Shown here: piece after piece, positions 26,937-34,466 of the stretch
Numbering within the stretch: position 1 is the stretch's first letter
Layout: every line of letters begins with the position of its first letter
Virus record (IMG/VR): IMGVR_UViG_3300037313_001385
Location: 1-35,602 of that record
Length of the DNA: 35,602 nt
Reading direction: 5' to 3' (one strand)
Source of the DNA: a virus
Taxonomy: Duplodnaviria; Caudoviricetes
Position numbers and translations under genes: made by a program
The notes under the pieces: model-generated
Databases searched by the model: none
Told to the model about the DNA's origin: nothing
The model's input: only the letters and a program-made list of their open reading frames with translations

Positions 26937-27286
26937 TTCCTCACCAGCAGCACGGTGACGGTCAGCAGCGTGCGGTCGTCGTCGATCGTCGCTTCGATGT
27001 CGCGGATGACCTGCGCGCCGATCGCCACCAGCTTCATGCCCGACGCGCTCTTGACCAGCTGGTCGGCGCGCAGCCGCGCCCGCCCGTCGGGCAGGTCATA
27101 GACGATGGTCAGCCGGTCGGCCGGGCCGCGCACCCGCACCGTCGCCTGCGACCGCAGCAGTTCGGCGACCGTCGGCTGCGCCGGGTCGCCGGCGGGACCG
27201 GACACCGGCGCGAACGCCTTGATCAGCCAGGTGACCGCCGGGGTCATCGCATAGCGCCGCCGGCGCGAAGACCGCGGCGCCATCAT
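26933..27286 (-). CDS. Hypothetical protein
   Basis: 117-aa ORF with ATGA overlaps on both sides. Confidence 0.55.
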   Translation of the reverse strand: MMAPRSSRRRRYAMTPAVTWLIKAFAPVSGPAGDPAQPTVAELLRSQATVRVRGPADRLTIVYDLPDGRARLRADQLVKSASGMKLVAIGAQVIRDIEATIDDDRTLLTVTVLLVRK

Positions 27287-28746
27287 GCCGCTTTGCTTTC
27301 AGTGTCGTCGCCCAAGCCGACGGGGTTGTCGTGCGGCGGCGGACAGGCCGACATTCGAACGTCGGCGAATAGACCCGCGCCCTTTTTCAGCCGGCTTTGT
27401 GCGATCGCCGCATAGTCGGGAGACAGTTCGGCGCCGACGAAGCCCAGCTGCTCGGCTTGCGCGGCGACCCCGGTCGAGCCGGTGCCCATGAACGGGTCGA
27501 GGACGATTCCGCCCTTGGGCGTCACCAGCCGCACCAGCCAGGTCATCAGGCCGTGCGGCTTGACCGTCGGGTGCGACAGGCGCTTGGGCTTGCCCGTTTC
27601 CGGGTCGACGCACGCGCATTGCTCGGCTTCGTCGGCGGCGATCGCGCCGCAGATCAGGCACTTCGACCCGCGTTCGTCCCCGTCGGCCTTGGCGCAGTAG
27701 AAGAACCGGGCAGCGGAGCCGGAGTCGGCTTCGGCAATAAAGTCGGCCGATGCGCGTCCGCCCCATTGAGGGGCATTGCTCCGCTTGTTCCCGCCTCCGC
27801 TTGCGGTTTCAGGAAACCCCGCCACTACTTCATCGCTTCCGTCATGGCAGAGATTGGCGGGCCAGCGGCCTAGAGGCGACGGTTCAATCGTCTTCGGCGC
27901 GCCCTCAAAGCCCTTCTTAAGAAGGGTGGCCGTGTTTGCATTGTTGCGCGGTGTCAGTTCATCGGTGCCAATCCTGCACCCGCCGATATTGAGCGCGCCC
28001 GTTCCCCATTTCAGGACATTGGCGGCGACGCTCTTTTCGCTGATCGGCTTGCGCGCAAGGCAGATCGGTTCGGTCGCTGGCTTCAGCGCGGTGCCCCAGC
28101 CTTCCCATTCGCGGGCGGCGTGGGTTTCGGGGGCGGTGATGTGTTCGGCGCCAGTGTTGCCGCCAGAATAGACGCCCTCATAGGTCACGCCTGACACGGC
28201 GCGATGGTTGGGGTTCAGGCCGACGACTTCCCGCTCCGCACCCGCTGCCTTGTCTATCGCCTTGCTGATGTCACGCGACTTCGGAAAGCCGCTGCCATAG
28301 TGCCAGGCGATCATGTCGCGGACTTCGAAGCCGGCATCTTCGATCGCGACCGCCATCCGGTGATAGGTTCGCGTGCCGCTGAACGCGACCAGGTGGCCGC
28401 CGGGCTTCAGCACGCGCAGCACTTCGGCCCAGGTTTCGACCCGGAAGGCGACGTCGCCCCCGTCCCAGGTCTGGCCCATGAAGCCCTTGCTGGCGCGGGC
28501 ATAGGCGCCGGTCGCATTGGCCGCCGCGCCGCGCTTGACCGGCGCCGCGTCGGCCGACCCGAACCGCTGGACGATGCTGGTCAGATGATAGGGCGGGTCG
28601 CAGACGCAGCTGTCGATGCTGTCGCCGGGCAAGTCCTTCAGCCGCTCGAGCATGTCACCGACCAGCAGCAGGCACCCGCCAGGCGCGGGCAGCGCGACCG
28701 CCGGTTGGCGTGGGTGGCGGTCGCCACAGGGACTCGCCGCCGTCAT
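27283..28746 (-). CDS. N6-adenine DNA methyltransferase (beta class, DPPY)
   Basis: Start ATG 28746 (ATGA overlap). VCDPPY, GFMGQTWD, W.YGSGFPKS, GWGTALKPA.EPI, GRWPAN, HPTVKP, VLDPFMGTGSTG. Confidence 0.95.
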   Translation of the reverse strand: MTAASPCGDRHPRQPAVALPAPGGCLLLVGDMLERLKDLPGDSIDSCVCDPPYHLTSIVQRFGSADAAPVKRGAAANATGAYARASKGFMGQTWDGGDVAFRVETWAEVLRVLKPGGHLVAFSGTRTYHRMAVAIEDAGFEVRDMIAWHYGSGFPKSRDISKAIDKAAGAEREVVGLNPNHRAVSGVTYEGVYSGGNTGAEHITAPETHAAREWEGWGTALKPATEPICLARKPISEKSVAANVLKWGTGALNIGGCRIGTDELTPRNNANTATLLKKGFEGAPKTIEPSPLGRWPANLCHDGSDEVVAGFPETASGGGNKRSNAPQWGGRASADFIAEADSGSAARFFYCAKADGDERGSKCLICGAIAADEAEQCACVDPETGKPKRLSHPTVKPHGLMTWLVRLVTPKGGIVLDPFMGTGSTGVAAQAEQLGFVGAELSPDYAAIAQSRLKKGAGLFADVRMSACPPPHDNPVGLGDDTESKAA

Positions 28747-29879
28747 GCCGCGGCGCTCACAGCAGTCGCCCATGCGCTTCGGGCGTCTCGGTGCAGAGCG
28801 TCGAGAGCCAGCCACGCGCGCGCTGCAGCCACGCTGACGACCCCGTTCCCGCATTCTCTAAGTCGGTCCACCCGATCGGCCAGCCCATCAGCCATTCGAC
28901 AAATTGCGGGTTCAAGACCCGGCTCGACGGCGATGATGTCAGCCCAGCGGGGGTCCCTGGGACCGGGGGCGAAAAGCAATTCCAGCGCGGCGCCATGTCC
29001 CGCAGCCCCATTTGCTTGTTCACCCCGTTGGCCGCGTGACGCGCGTGCGCCGCTTCCCACCCCGCGCTCGGACCCCGGTCGTCGCCAGCAGTCGGCGGCG
29101 GCCATTGCCGCACTTGATGTTCCAGCCCCACCTGCACTTTCTTGCCGTTGTGCATCGCGGTCCTGCCAACCATTTCGGCATGGGTCGCCGACCGGCCCCC
29201 GTTCGGCACATTGGGCGTCATCCACTGGTCGGCCTTGGGAGATTGCGCCCGCTGATGCGCCTGCGCGGTGCCCCACAGCACCGCTTCGCCTTCCAGCGTC
29301 AGCCGCGGCTTTTCGGGATTCCCCTGGTCCCGCGTGTAAGCCGCCCCCTGCACAACCCGTGCGGTCGGCCATGATGAACAGTCGTTCGCGCCGGTGGCTG
29401 GCACCAACTTCGGCCGCGCTGAAGATTCCTGCCGCAACGCGGTAGCCCATTGCTTCCAATGGTCCGACCAGCGCGGCGAGTTGCCCGTCGGCGTTCCCCG
29501 TGACGTTTTCGCGGAACAGACGAAAAGGCCGGCACTCGTCGACGATGCGAAGGACCTGGTCGATAAGGAAGCGATCGTCGGCGGCGCCGGTTCGCTTTCC
29601 GGCGACGCTGTTGGGTTGGCACGGGTCGCCCGAAGCGACGCAATCCACGATTCCGCGCCACGGTCGAGCGTCGAAGGTGGCAAGGTCAGACCAGACAGCA
29701 GCTTCAGCCAGGTCGCCCGCCGCCATGCGCGCAACCAGTGTTGCGGCGGCATGGGCTTCCCTCTCCACGTAAGCGACGCTGCGCGCTGAAGGCACGGCGA
29801 CGTGGATGCCAAGGCCGAGTCCGCCGACCCCGGCGCACAGTTCAAGCACGTTGAAGGGACATGCAGCCATGACATTCAC
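28743..29879 (-). CDS. C5-cytosine DNA methyltransferase, catalytic chain (motifs I-VIII and X)
   Basis: Start GTG 29879 or ATG 29870. ELCAGVGG, GDPCQPNS, RENV, HRRERLFI, RLRECGNGVV. No motif IX in this frame. Confidence 0.9.
   Translation of the reverse strand: MNVMAACPFNVLELCAGVGGLGLGIHVAVPSARSVAYVEREAHAAATLVARMAAGDLAEAAVWSDLATFDARPWRGIVDCVASGDPCQPNSVAGKRTGAADDRFLIDQVLRIVDECRPFRLFRENVTGNADGQLAALVGPLEAMGYRVAAGIFSAAEVGASHRRERLFIMADRTGCAGGGLHAGPGESRKAAADAGRRSGAVGHRAGASAGAISQGRPVDDAQCAERGPVGDPCRNGWQDRDAQRQESAGGAGTSSAAMAAADCWRRPGSERGVGSGARASRGQRGEQANGAAGHGAALELLFAPGPRDPRWADIIAVEPGLEPAICRMADGLADRVDRLRECGNGVVSVAAARAWLALDALHRDARSAWATAVSAAA
28757..29875 (-). CDS. Overlapping alternative-frame C5 methyltransferase subunit (W-x-T/P repeats + motif IX)
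   Basis: 372-aa +1 frame ORF with WPTA/WGTA/WMTP/WPPP repeats and LNPQFVEWLMGWPIGWT. Confidence 0.8.
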   Translation of the reverse strand: MSWLHVPSTCLNCAPGSADSALASTSPCLQRAASLTWRGKPMPPQHWLRAWRRATWLKLLSGLTLPPSTLDRGAESWIASLRATRANPTASPESEPAPPTIASLSTRSFASSTSAGLFVCSAKTSRGTPTGNSPRWSDHWKQWATALRQESSARPKLVPATGANDCSSWPTARVVQGAAYTRDQGNPEKPRLTLEGEAVLWGTAQAHQRAQSPKADQWMTPNVPNGGRSATHAEMVGRTAMHNGKKVQVGLEHQVRQWPPPTAGDDRGPSAGWEAAHARHAANGVNKQMGLRDMAPRWNCFSPPVPGTPAGLTSSPSSRVLNPQFVEWLMGWPIGWTDLENAGTGSSAWLQRARGWLSTLCTETPEAHGRLL

Positions 29880-30019
29880 AGCGCCCCCGCGCGGCGCAGC
29901 AGCTCCAGCAGGCCGAAGCCTTCGTCGGGTGATCGTTCCAGCCGGCGACGGTTGGTCAGGATGGGCCGGCCAGCGAATCCCCTCCGGCGGATGCGCAGCC
30001 GGTGCCACAGCCGGGTCAC
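29876..30019 (-). CDS. Small basic hypothetical protein (47 aa)
   Basis: GTG at 30019 overlaps the upstream TGA, and its own TGA overlaps the methyltransferase GTG: MTRLWHRLRIRRRGFAGRPILTNRRRLERSPDEGFGLLELLRRAGAL. Confidence 0.5.
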   Translation of the reverse strand: MTRLWHRLRIRRRGFAGRPILTNRRRLERSPDEGFGLLELLRRAGAL

Positions 30020-30354
30020 GCGGCGAGCCTTTGCGCCGGCGCGTCGGACCCGCGTGCCTCGACCGGAATGCGCCAGCCGCGGCAGCCCTTGCTGTGACCG
30101 ATCGTTTCGACCGGCACGCCGATGCGCCGTAGCGCCGCGACATAGACGCGAATGGCGATCGTCGCCGTCAGCGGCTGCAGGTCGGGGTTGGGCCAGATGG
30201 CTTCGATGATCGTCGCGCGGTCGACGATGTCGTCGGGCGATCGCATCAGCAGCAGCGCCAGCAGGTCGGCGACCTGCGGCGGCAGGCGAACGACGGTGCC
30301 GTCGATCGTGCATTCGTGGCGCCGCATCTGCGGCACGGTCATGCTGACGATCAT
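30016..30354 (-). CDS. Stand-alone OmpR/PhoB-type winged-helix DNA-binding protein
   Basis: Start ATG 30354. IDG..V.LPPQ..DLL.LL......V.R..IIEAIWP......IRVYV..LRR......IETI....GW. Confidence 0.8.
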   Translation of the reverse strand: MIVSMTVPQMRRHECTIDGTVVRLPPQVADLLALLLMRSPDDIVDRATIIEAIWPNPDLQPLTATIAIRVYVAALRRIGVPVETIGHSKGCRGWRIPVEARGSDAPAQRLAA

Positions 30355-30611
30355 CGCGCCAGCCCCCGGTTTTCCATCTTGGTCCGGACCAGGTCGATCG
30401 CGGTTCCGACGGTCTGCGTGAATTCGACTTCGTCGTCGCTGAACCGCACCCCGAATTCTTCCTCGAGCGCGTGGGGCACGTTGACCAGGTCGAGGCTGTC
30501 CGCGTCGAGGTCGAGCCGGAAGTCGGCCTGGTCGGTCAGCCGCTTCAGCGGACAGGCGAGTTCGCGGGCGATGACGACGCGTGCACGACGGCCGATTTCG
30601 ACGTCGGTCAT
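30351..30611 (-). CDS. Acyl carrier protein homologue
   Basis: Start ATG 30611; 86 aa; ADF..DLDADSLDLV....ALEEEFGV.F.DDE.E...TVG.AID matches the ACP fold; attachment Ser39 intact. Confidence 0.88.
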   Translation of the reverse strand: MTDVEIGRRARVVIARELACPLKRLTDQADFRLDLDADSLDLVNVPHALEEEFGVRFSDDEVEFTQTVGTAIDLVRTKMENRGLAR

Positions 30612-31201
30612 TGCGCGCCCCCCGGGCCTGCAGTTTCCGCACCGGTCGCGATGACCTTGACGATGCGGAACCTGGCGGTGCCGCGGCCCGGCACCGCGAC
30701 CGTGCGCCGTTCGATGAACCTGGCGTCGACCAGCTTGCGCAGCGCCCATTTGACCTGCTCGACATGCAGGTCGCCGGCGGCGGCGATGTCGACGTCAGTC
30801 GGGCACGGGCGGCCGTCCTGGGCGGCGTCCTGGATGATCAGCAGCACCGCCATCATCTGCGGGTCGCAGACCGGCGCGCGCTGGGTCACGACCCGCACCC
30901 GGTTGCGGCGCACGAAGAAGTCCAGCCCGCCGTCGGCCGCGCGGCGGTTGTGGGGGATGACTTCGCCGGCATCGGCGAGCGCGCGGACCCGGGCTGCGGC
31001 GGCGCCCTGAACCAGCTGCGGCCCGTGGCAATAGACGAACACGTCGCCAACCCGCGCGGTCTTCAGCCAGGCGTCGATGTCGCCTTCGGTGACCGTCCAG
31101 CTTTCGACGGCCGAGCGCCGCGCCGCGGCGGTGATCGGCGCCGAATGGCCGCCGAACCCGAACCCGAATGCCGGTGCTGATGAAATTCCCCCCCGGGTCA
31201 C
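30608..31201 (-). CDS. Hypothetical regulator with C-terminal wHTH
   Basis: G.PCPT..DIA.......QV...LRKL...RFI wHTH pattern; follows the CII-like gene. Confidence 0.65.
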   Translation of the reverse strand: MTRGGISSAPAFGFGFGGHSAPITAAARRSAVESWTVTEGDIDAWLKTARVGDVFVYCHGPQLVQGAAAARVRALADAGEVIPHNRRAADGGLDFFVRRNRVRVVTQRAPVCDPQMMAVLLIIQDAAQDGRPCPTDVDIAAAGDLHVEQVKWALRKLVDARFIERRTVAVPGRGTARFRIVKVIATGAETAGPGGAQ

Positions 31202-31204
31202 GCT

Positions 31205-31705
31205 TTACCCCCCCGTGCCTTCGCTCGCCCGCGCCTTCAGCCGGGCTTCGAGTTCGACCGCGACCCGGACCAGTTCGCCGGCATCCTTCAGCCGGCGCCA
31301 GGCGTCGGGCGCGCTGATGTCGTTGTCGCTGGTGATGTCGCTAAGGATTCCGGCCGACAGCTGGCCCGACGCCTTGGCCAGTTCCGACAGCAGCGCGGTC
31401 AGCGGCATCGCCGGCGCCGACGGGTCGGGCAGCTTGACCAGTTCATAGCCGCGCCGCTTGGCCAGCCAGGCGGTGACGTGGGGATGGCCGGCGACCCCGA
31501 CCGTCCGCGCTTCCAGCGCGTCGATCACGTCCAGTGGCGGGAAGTCGGCGCGGTTGCGGTGCGCATAGTCGCTGATGCGCGACTGCGATCGCCCAGTCTC
31601 GGCCGCGACCGCGACCTGCCCGCCGAACGCATCGACCAGATCGCCGAACGCGACCTTGGCGCTTTGCAGGTGCGGCGCCAGCGTGATCGTGCGCTGGTCG
31701 CTCAC
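31205..31705 (-). CDS. CII-like phage regulatory protein
   Basis: LVDAFGGQ..VA..TG.SQS.IS.Y......F.PLDVI..LE...G.P.VT..LA...GY.LV; second gene after Cro. Confidence 0.7.
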   Translation of the reverse strand: MSDQRTITLAPHLQSAKVAFGDLVDAFGGQVAVAAETGRSQSRISDYAHRNRADFPPLDVIDALEARTVGVAGHPHVTAWLAKRRGYELVKLPDPSAPAMPLTALLSELAKASGQLSAGILSDITSDNDISAPDAWRRLKDAGELVRVAVELEARLKARASEGTGG

Positions 31706-32256
31706 CTAGCGGCCCCAGTCGAACAGGCTGGGTTCGCCGGCGACGACGCGGCCTGCCCGGTCGTCGCCGAACAGGTCGCAGAGGAAAAAGGGGCGGTGGC
31801 TGTCAGCCCCCCGATATTGGCCGCCGGTTTATCGGCCAGCGCGACGTCGCCGATATTCTCGCGCAAATTATCGGGCGATGGCGACGCGGTCGTGGCGGCG
31901 GCGATACGATCGCCGCACTTACCGCCTGACAGGTCGGCCAGGGCCGCCTTATCATCTGCAGGCAAGGGGGCGACGATGTCGGACAATTCCAGAGGCTCGG
32001 CCGCAGTGACGATCGGCGGGATGGTGGCGAGCAGGTCGGCTGCGGCGGACGGGATTGCGTCGCCCCAGTTGGCCGGGTCGCGCAGGAACACCGCGAACTT
32101 GTCGAGCGTCGCGACGGTGGTCCCGCCGCCCGCCTCGAGCCGCTTCAACAGGCCGCCGTCGTTGGCGACGATGGTCGACAGGCGCGCGGTCGAGCTATGC
32201 CCGCGCGAGTCGGCCCACAGCGAAGCGACCGCGAGGATGGTTTCAAGCAAGGTCAT
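31702..32256 (-). CDS. Cro-like protein with long low-complexity C-terminal tail
   Basis: Start ATG 32256; S.ARLST.V.NDG..L.RLE.GG..TV.TL.K...F......W pattern; divergent from cI. Confidence 0.7.
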   Translation of the reverse strand: MTLLETILAVASLWADSRGHSSTARLSTIVANDGGLLKRLEAGGGTTVATLDKFAVFLRDPANWGDAIPSAAADLLATIPPIVTAAEPLELSDIVAPLPADDKAALADLSGGKCGDRIAAATTASPSPDNLRENIGDVALADKPAANIGGLTATAPFSSATCSATTGQAASSPANPACSTGAAR

Positions 32257-32283
32257 GGAAAAGGTCCCGAAATGATCGGCGCG

Positions 32284-32365
32284 GATATTGCGGAGAAAAT
32301 CCCGCATCTGTCAAATGGTTTTTTCCCGCACGACACCGGGGCATTTATGCTGGTAAATTCCCGCA
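32284..32365 (-). promoter_or_regulatory. pR-like promoter with three operator-like sites (TGCGGG-N6-CCCGCA)
   Basis: Minus-strand TTGACA (32314-32309)-N17-GCAATATC; sites at 32289-32306, 32313-32330 (half-site) and 32348-32365. Confidence 0.75.
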
Positions 32366-33120
32366 CTGTGCCGAGCCGTTGGGAGTCCGTGGTCGATCGC
32401 ATCGACCGCAAGCTGGGGGAACGGGGTCTGTCCGACCGCGAAGCGTCGATGCGCGCCGTCGGCAAACCCGATCTGTTGCGCGACATGCGCCGCCGCCGCG
32501 GCCTGCCGCGCGGCGATCGCCTTGCCGATCTGGCGCGCGTCCTGGGCACGACCAGCGACTGGCTGCTGAACGGCGGCGAGGAGCGCGAAGCCGAAGAACG
32601 CGCCGCTGCGGCGCTCGACCTGGTCCGCAGCGAAGTCGCCGGGACCGGGCTGCAGCCGACGGCCTGGGCGGCGCTCGCCGACGCCCGCCCGGTGCCGTTG
32701 CTCGGCTCGGCACTGGGCGGCGGCAGCGCCGACGTCGACGACCAGGTCGAACTGACCGAACTGCATCTGGGCGAAGTGCTGGACTATCTCGGCCGTCCGC
32801 CGAGTCTCGCCGGCGACGACGACGCTTATGCGGTGACCGTGGTCGGCGATTCGATGGCGCCGCGGTTCGAGCCGGGGGAATGCGCGTTCGTCTCGCCCCG
32901 CGCCAGCGTCGGCATCGGCGACGACGTCATCGTCCAGCTGCGCCCGCCGGCGGGCGCCGCGGCGGGCGAGGATGCCGACCGCGTCGTCACGGTGCTGATC
33001 AAGCGCCTGGTGCGGCGCACCGGCGGCTATGTCGAACTACGCCAGTTCAATCCCGACACGACGTTCCGCGTCGAAACCCAGCGGGTCGCCAAGATTCACC
33101 GCGTGCTAGGGCGCCTGTAG
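32347..33120 (+). CDS. cI: CI-like repressor (HTH + S24 peptidase)
   Basis: N-terminal HTH (LS.REAS..AVGKPDLLRDMRR...LA.VLGTT.DWLL); VPLLGSALGG; catalytic GDSM.P and IKRL. Start ATG 32347 or GTG 32368. Confidence 0.9.
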   Translation: MLVNSRTVPSRWESVVDRIDRKLGERGLSDREASMRAVGKPDLLRDMRRRRGLPRGDRLADLARVLGTTSDWLLNGGEEREAEERAAAALDLVRSEVAGTGLQPTAWAALADARPVPLLGSALGGGSADVDDQVELTELHLGEVLDYLGRPPSLAGDDDAYAVTVVGDSMAPRFEPGECAFVSPRASVGIGDDVIVQLRPPAGAAAGEDADRVVTVLIKRLVRRTGGYVELRQFNPDTTFRVETQRVAKIHRVLGRL

Positions 33121-33414
33121 GCCGTCGCCCGCAGCGACTGCCGCCAGCGGCAGCGCGGTCAGCACCGCTTCCACTTCGCCCAGCCGGCACGAATCGGCGG
33201 CCATGATGTCGTGCAGCGCGCGGGCGATGTTCATTGCCCGCTGCCGCTCGGCGCTCTCGAGCGCGTGCGCCTGCTCGCCTTCGGTCATGGCCGCTTCCAA
33301 AAGGGCGATCATCTGGTCGAGTTCGCAGCGAAATTCGCCAATGACGTGGGCCGCGGCGAGGCCGGGCGACCGGCTGCCCCGAATGGAGCGCAATAACATT
33401 TGGGGCTGTAACAC
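33106..33414 (-). CDS. Hypothetical helical protein convergent with cI, preceded by a LexA box
   Basis: GGGGAG RBS then GTG 33414 (or ATG 33399); helical acidic/Ala-rich sequence; overlaps the cI 3' end by 15 nt. Confidence 0.55.
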   Translation of the reverse strand: MLQPQMLLRSIRGSRSPGLAAAHVIGEFRCELDQMIALLEAAMTEGEQAHALESAERQRAMNIARALHDIMAADSCRLGEVEAVLTALPLAAVAAGDGLQAP

Positions 33415-33473
33415 TGGCCCAATCTCCCCCGACGCAACGATTCGATGAAAGCGAACGTTCCCGTTCGTCCCGT

Positions 33474-33488
33474 GAACGGGATATGAAC
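33474..33488. promoter_or_regulatory. Alphaproteobacterial LexA (SOS) box GAAC-N7-GAAC
   Basis: GAAC GGGATAT GAAC, exact consensus spacing, in an intergenic divergent-promoter region. Confidence 0.7.
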
Positions 33489-33495
33489 CGCAGCG

Positions 33496-33550
33496 ACGCG
33501 GCATAATCCCGCACCATGACTTGACATGCGGGCATTTTCCCGCATATCCC
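33496..33550 (+). promoter_or_regulatory. pL-like promoter with operators
   Basis: TTGACA at 33521-33526 followed by dyad TGCGGG-CATTTT-CCCGCA (33527-33544); second imperfect site at 33496-33513. Confidence 0.78.
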
Positions 33551-33584
33551 TTCGCCGCTTTTCGAACCGAAGGGACCAGTTACG

Positions 33585-33974
33585 ATGCTTCAGCCCCCGA
33601 CGCCTTACCCCTATGCCGGCAGCTATGCGTTGCTCGAGCATGAGGGGCGCACCCAGCTGGCGCGAATCCTCTATCGCCGCGAAGGCGAGTTCGTCATCAG
33701 CCTGCCACTGAAGGCCGACGCCAGCGGCAATCTGCGGGTCGACCCCGCCGACCTGATCGACGGCACCCCGCTGACCGCGGAAGAAACCCGCGAGTTCCAC
33801 GACCTGGACCGCGCGCTGGCCGGGCGCTCGCTGCGCACGCCCAAGCAAAAGCGCCAGGCGGCGCGGCGCGACGCGCTGAAGGCGCGGCTGATCTGGTCGC
33901 GCTTCCTCGACCACAAGCTGCGCGAACTGGAAGCGCGCACCGGCGCCCAGCTGCGCGATCGCAAGGCAGCCTGA
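33585..33974 (+). CDS. Hypothetical early protein (first gene of the pL operon)
   Basis: AAGGGA RBS; 129 aa with phage-like codon usage. Confidence 0.7.
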   Translation: MLQPPTPYPYAGSYALLEHEGRTQLARILYRREGEFVISLPLKADASGNLRVDPADLIDGTPLTAEETREFHDLDRALAGRSLRTPKQKRQAARRDALKARLIWSRFLDHKLRELEARTGAQLRDRKAA

Positions 33975-33977
33975 CCC

Positions 33978-34172
33978 ATGCCCGACGAACTGACCCTTGA
34001 CCGCTTCGACCGGCGCTTCGTCGGCCGCTCGGCCGCGGTGCTGCTGCGGGTCGACGCTGACCACGTCAAGCGCTGCCGCGACGCCATCCAATGGCGCACC
34101 CATCCCGCCTGGTCGCAATTCGTGTTCGCGATCAGCGAGCGCCGCCAGCGGCGGCTGAAGGCGGTCGCGTGA
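33978..34172 (+). CDS. Hypothetical protein
   Basis: 64 aa, closely packed in the operon. Confidence 0.6.
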   Translation: MPDELTLDRFDRRFVGRSAAVLLRVDADHVKRCRDAIQWRTHPAWSQFVFAISERRQRRLKAVA

Positions 34173-34372
34173 CCGCCGCGCGCTGGCTCGCCGTGGCGGT
34201 GGTCGCGACCAGCCTCGCCGGGGCGTGCGTCGCCGCGCTCGGCCACTGGCACGACCCCGATCTGGCGCGCCGCACCGCCGGCCTGTTCATCGCCGCAGCG
34301 CTCGGCACGCTCGCCAGCTGGGCGGTCGTCGAACTGTTCATCGACATTGCACAGGGGAAGCACAATGGCTGA
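34169..34372 (+). CDS. Small two-TM membrane protein
   Basis: GTG at 34169 overlaps the upstream TGA; two hydrophobic segments. Confidence 0.6.
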   Translation: MTAARWLAVAVVATSLAGACVAALGHWHDPDLARRTAGLFIAAALGTLASWAVVELFIDIAQGKHNG

Positions 34373-34466
34373 CCGGCGCGCCGCCAACGACATTGCGCCG
34401 CTGACGCTGCGCGAAGCGCTGCTGCTGTCGCTCGCGCTGCCAGGTCCCCGGTGCGCGAAGCGATGA
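34365..34466 (+). CDS. Small hypothetical protein (33 aa)
   Basis: GGGGAAG RBS; MADRRAANDIAPLTLREALLLSLALPGPRCAKR*; its stop overlaps the next ATG. Confidence 0.4.
   Translation: MADRRAANDIAPLTLREALLLSLALPGPRCAKR

Noticed and set aside
1650-33120. Extended starts in the ORF track (2969, 14552, 17390, 21282, 23419, 28854, 30143, 30749, 30765, 32197, 32307)
   Set aside because: Extensions overlap neighbouring genes or regulatory DNA and are low-complexity; downstream starts have an RBS or 4-nt stop/start overlaps.
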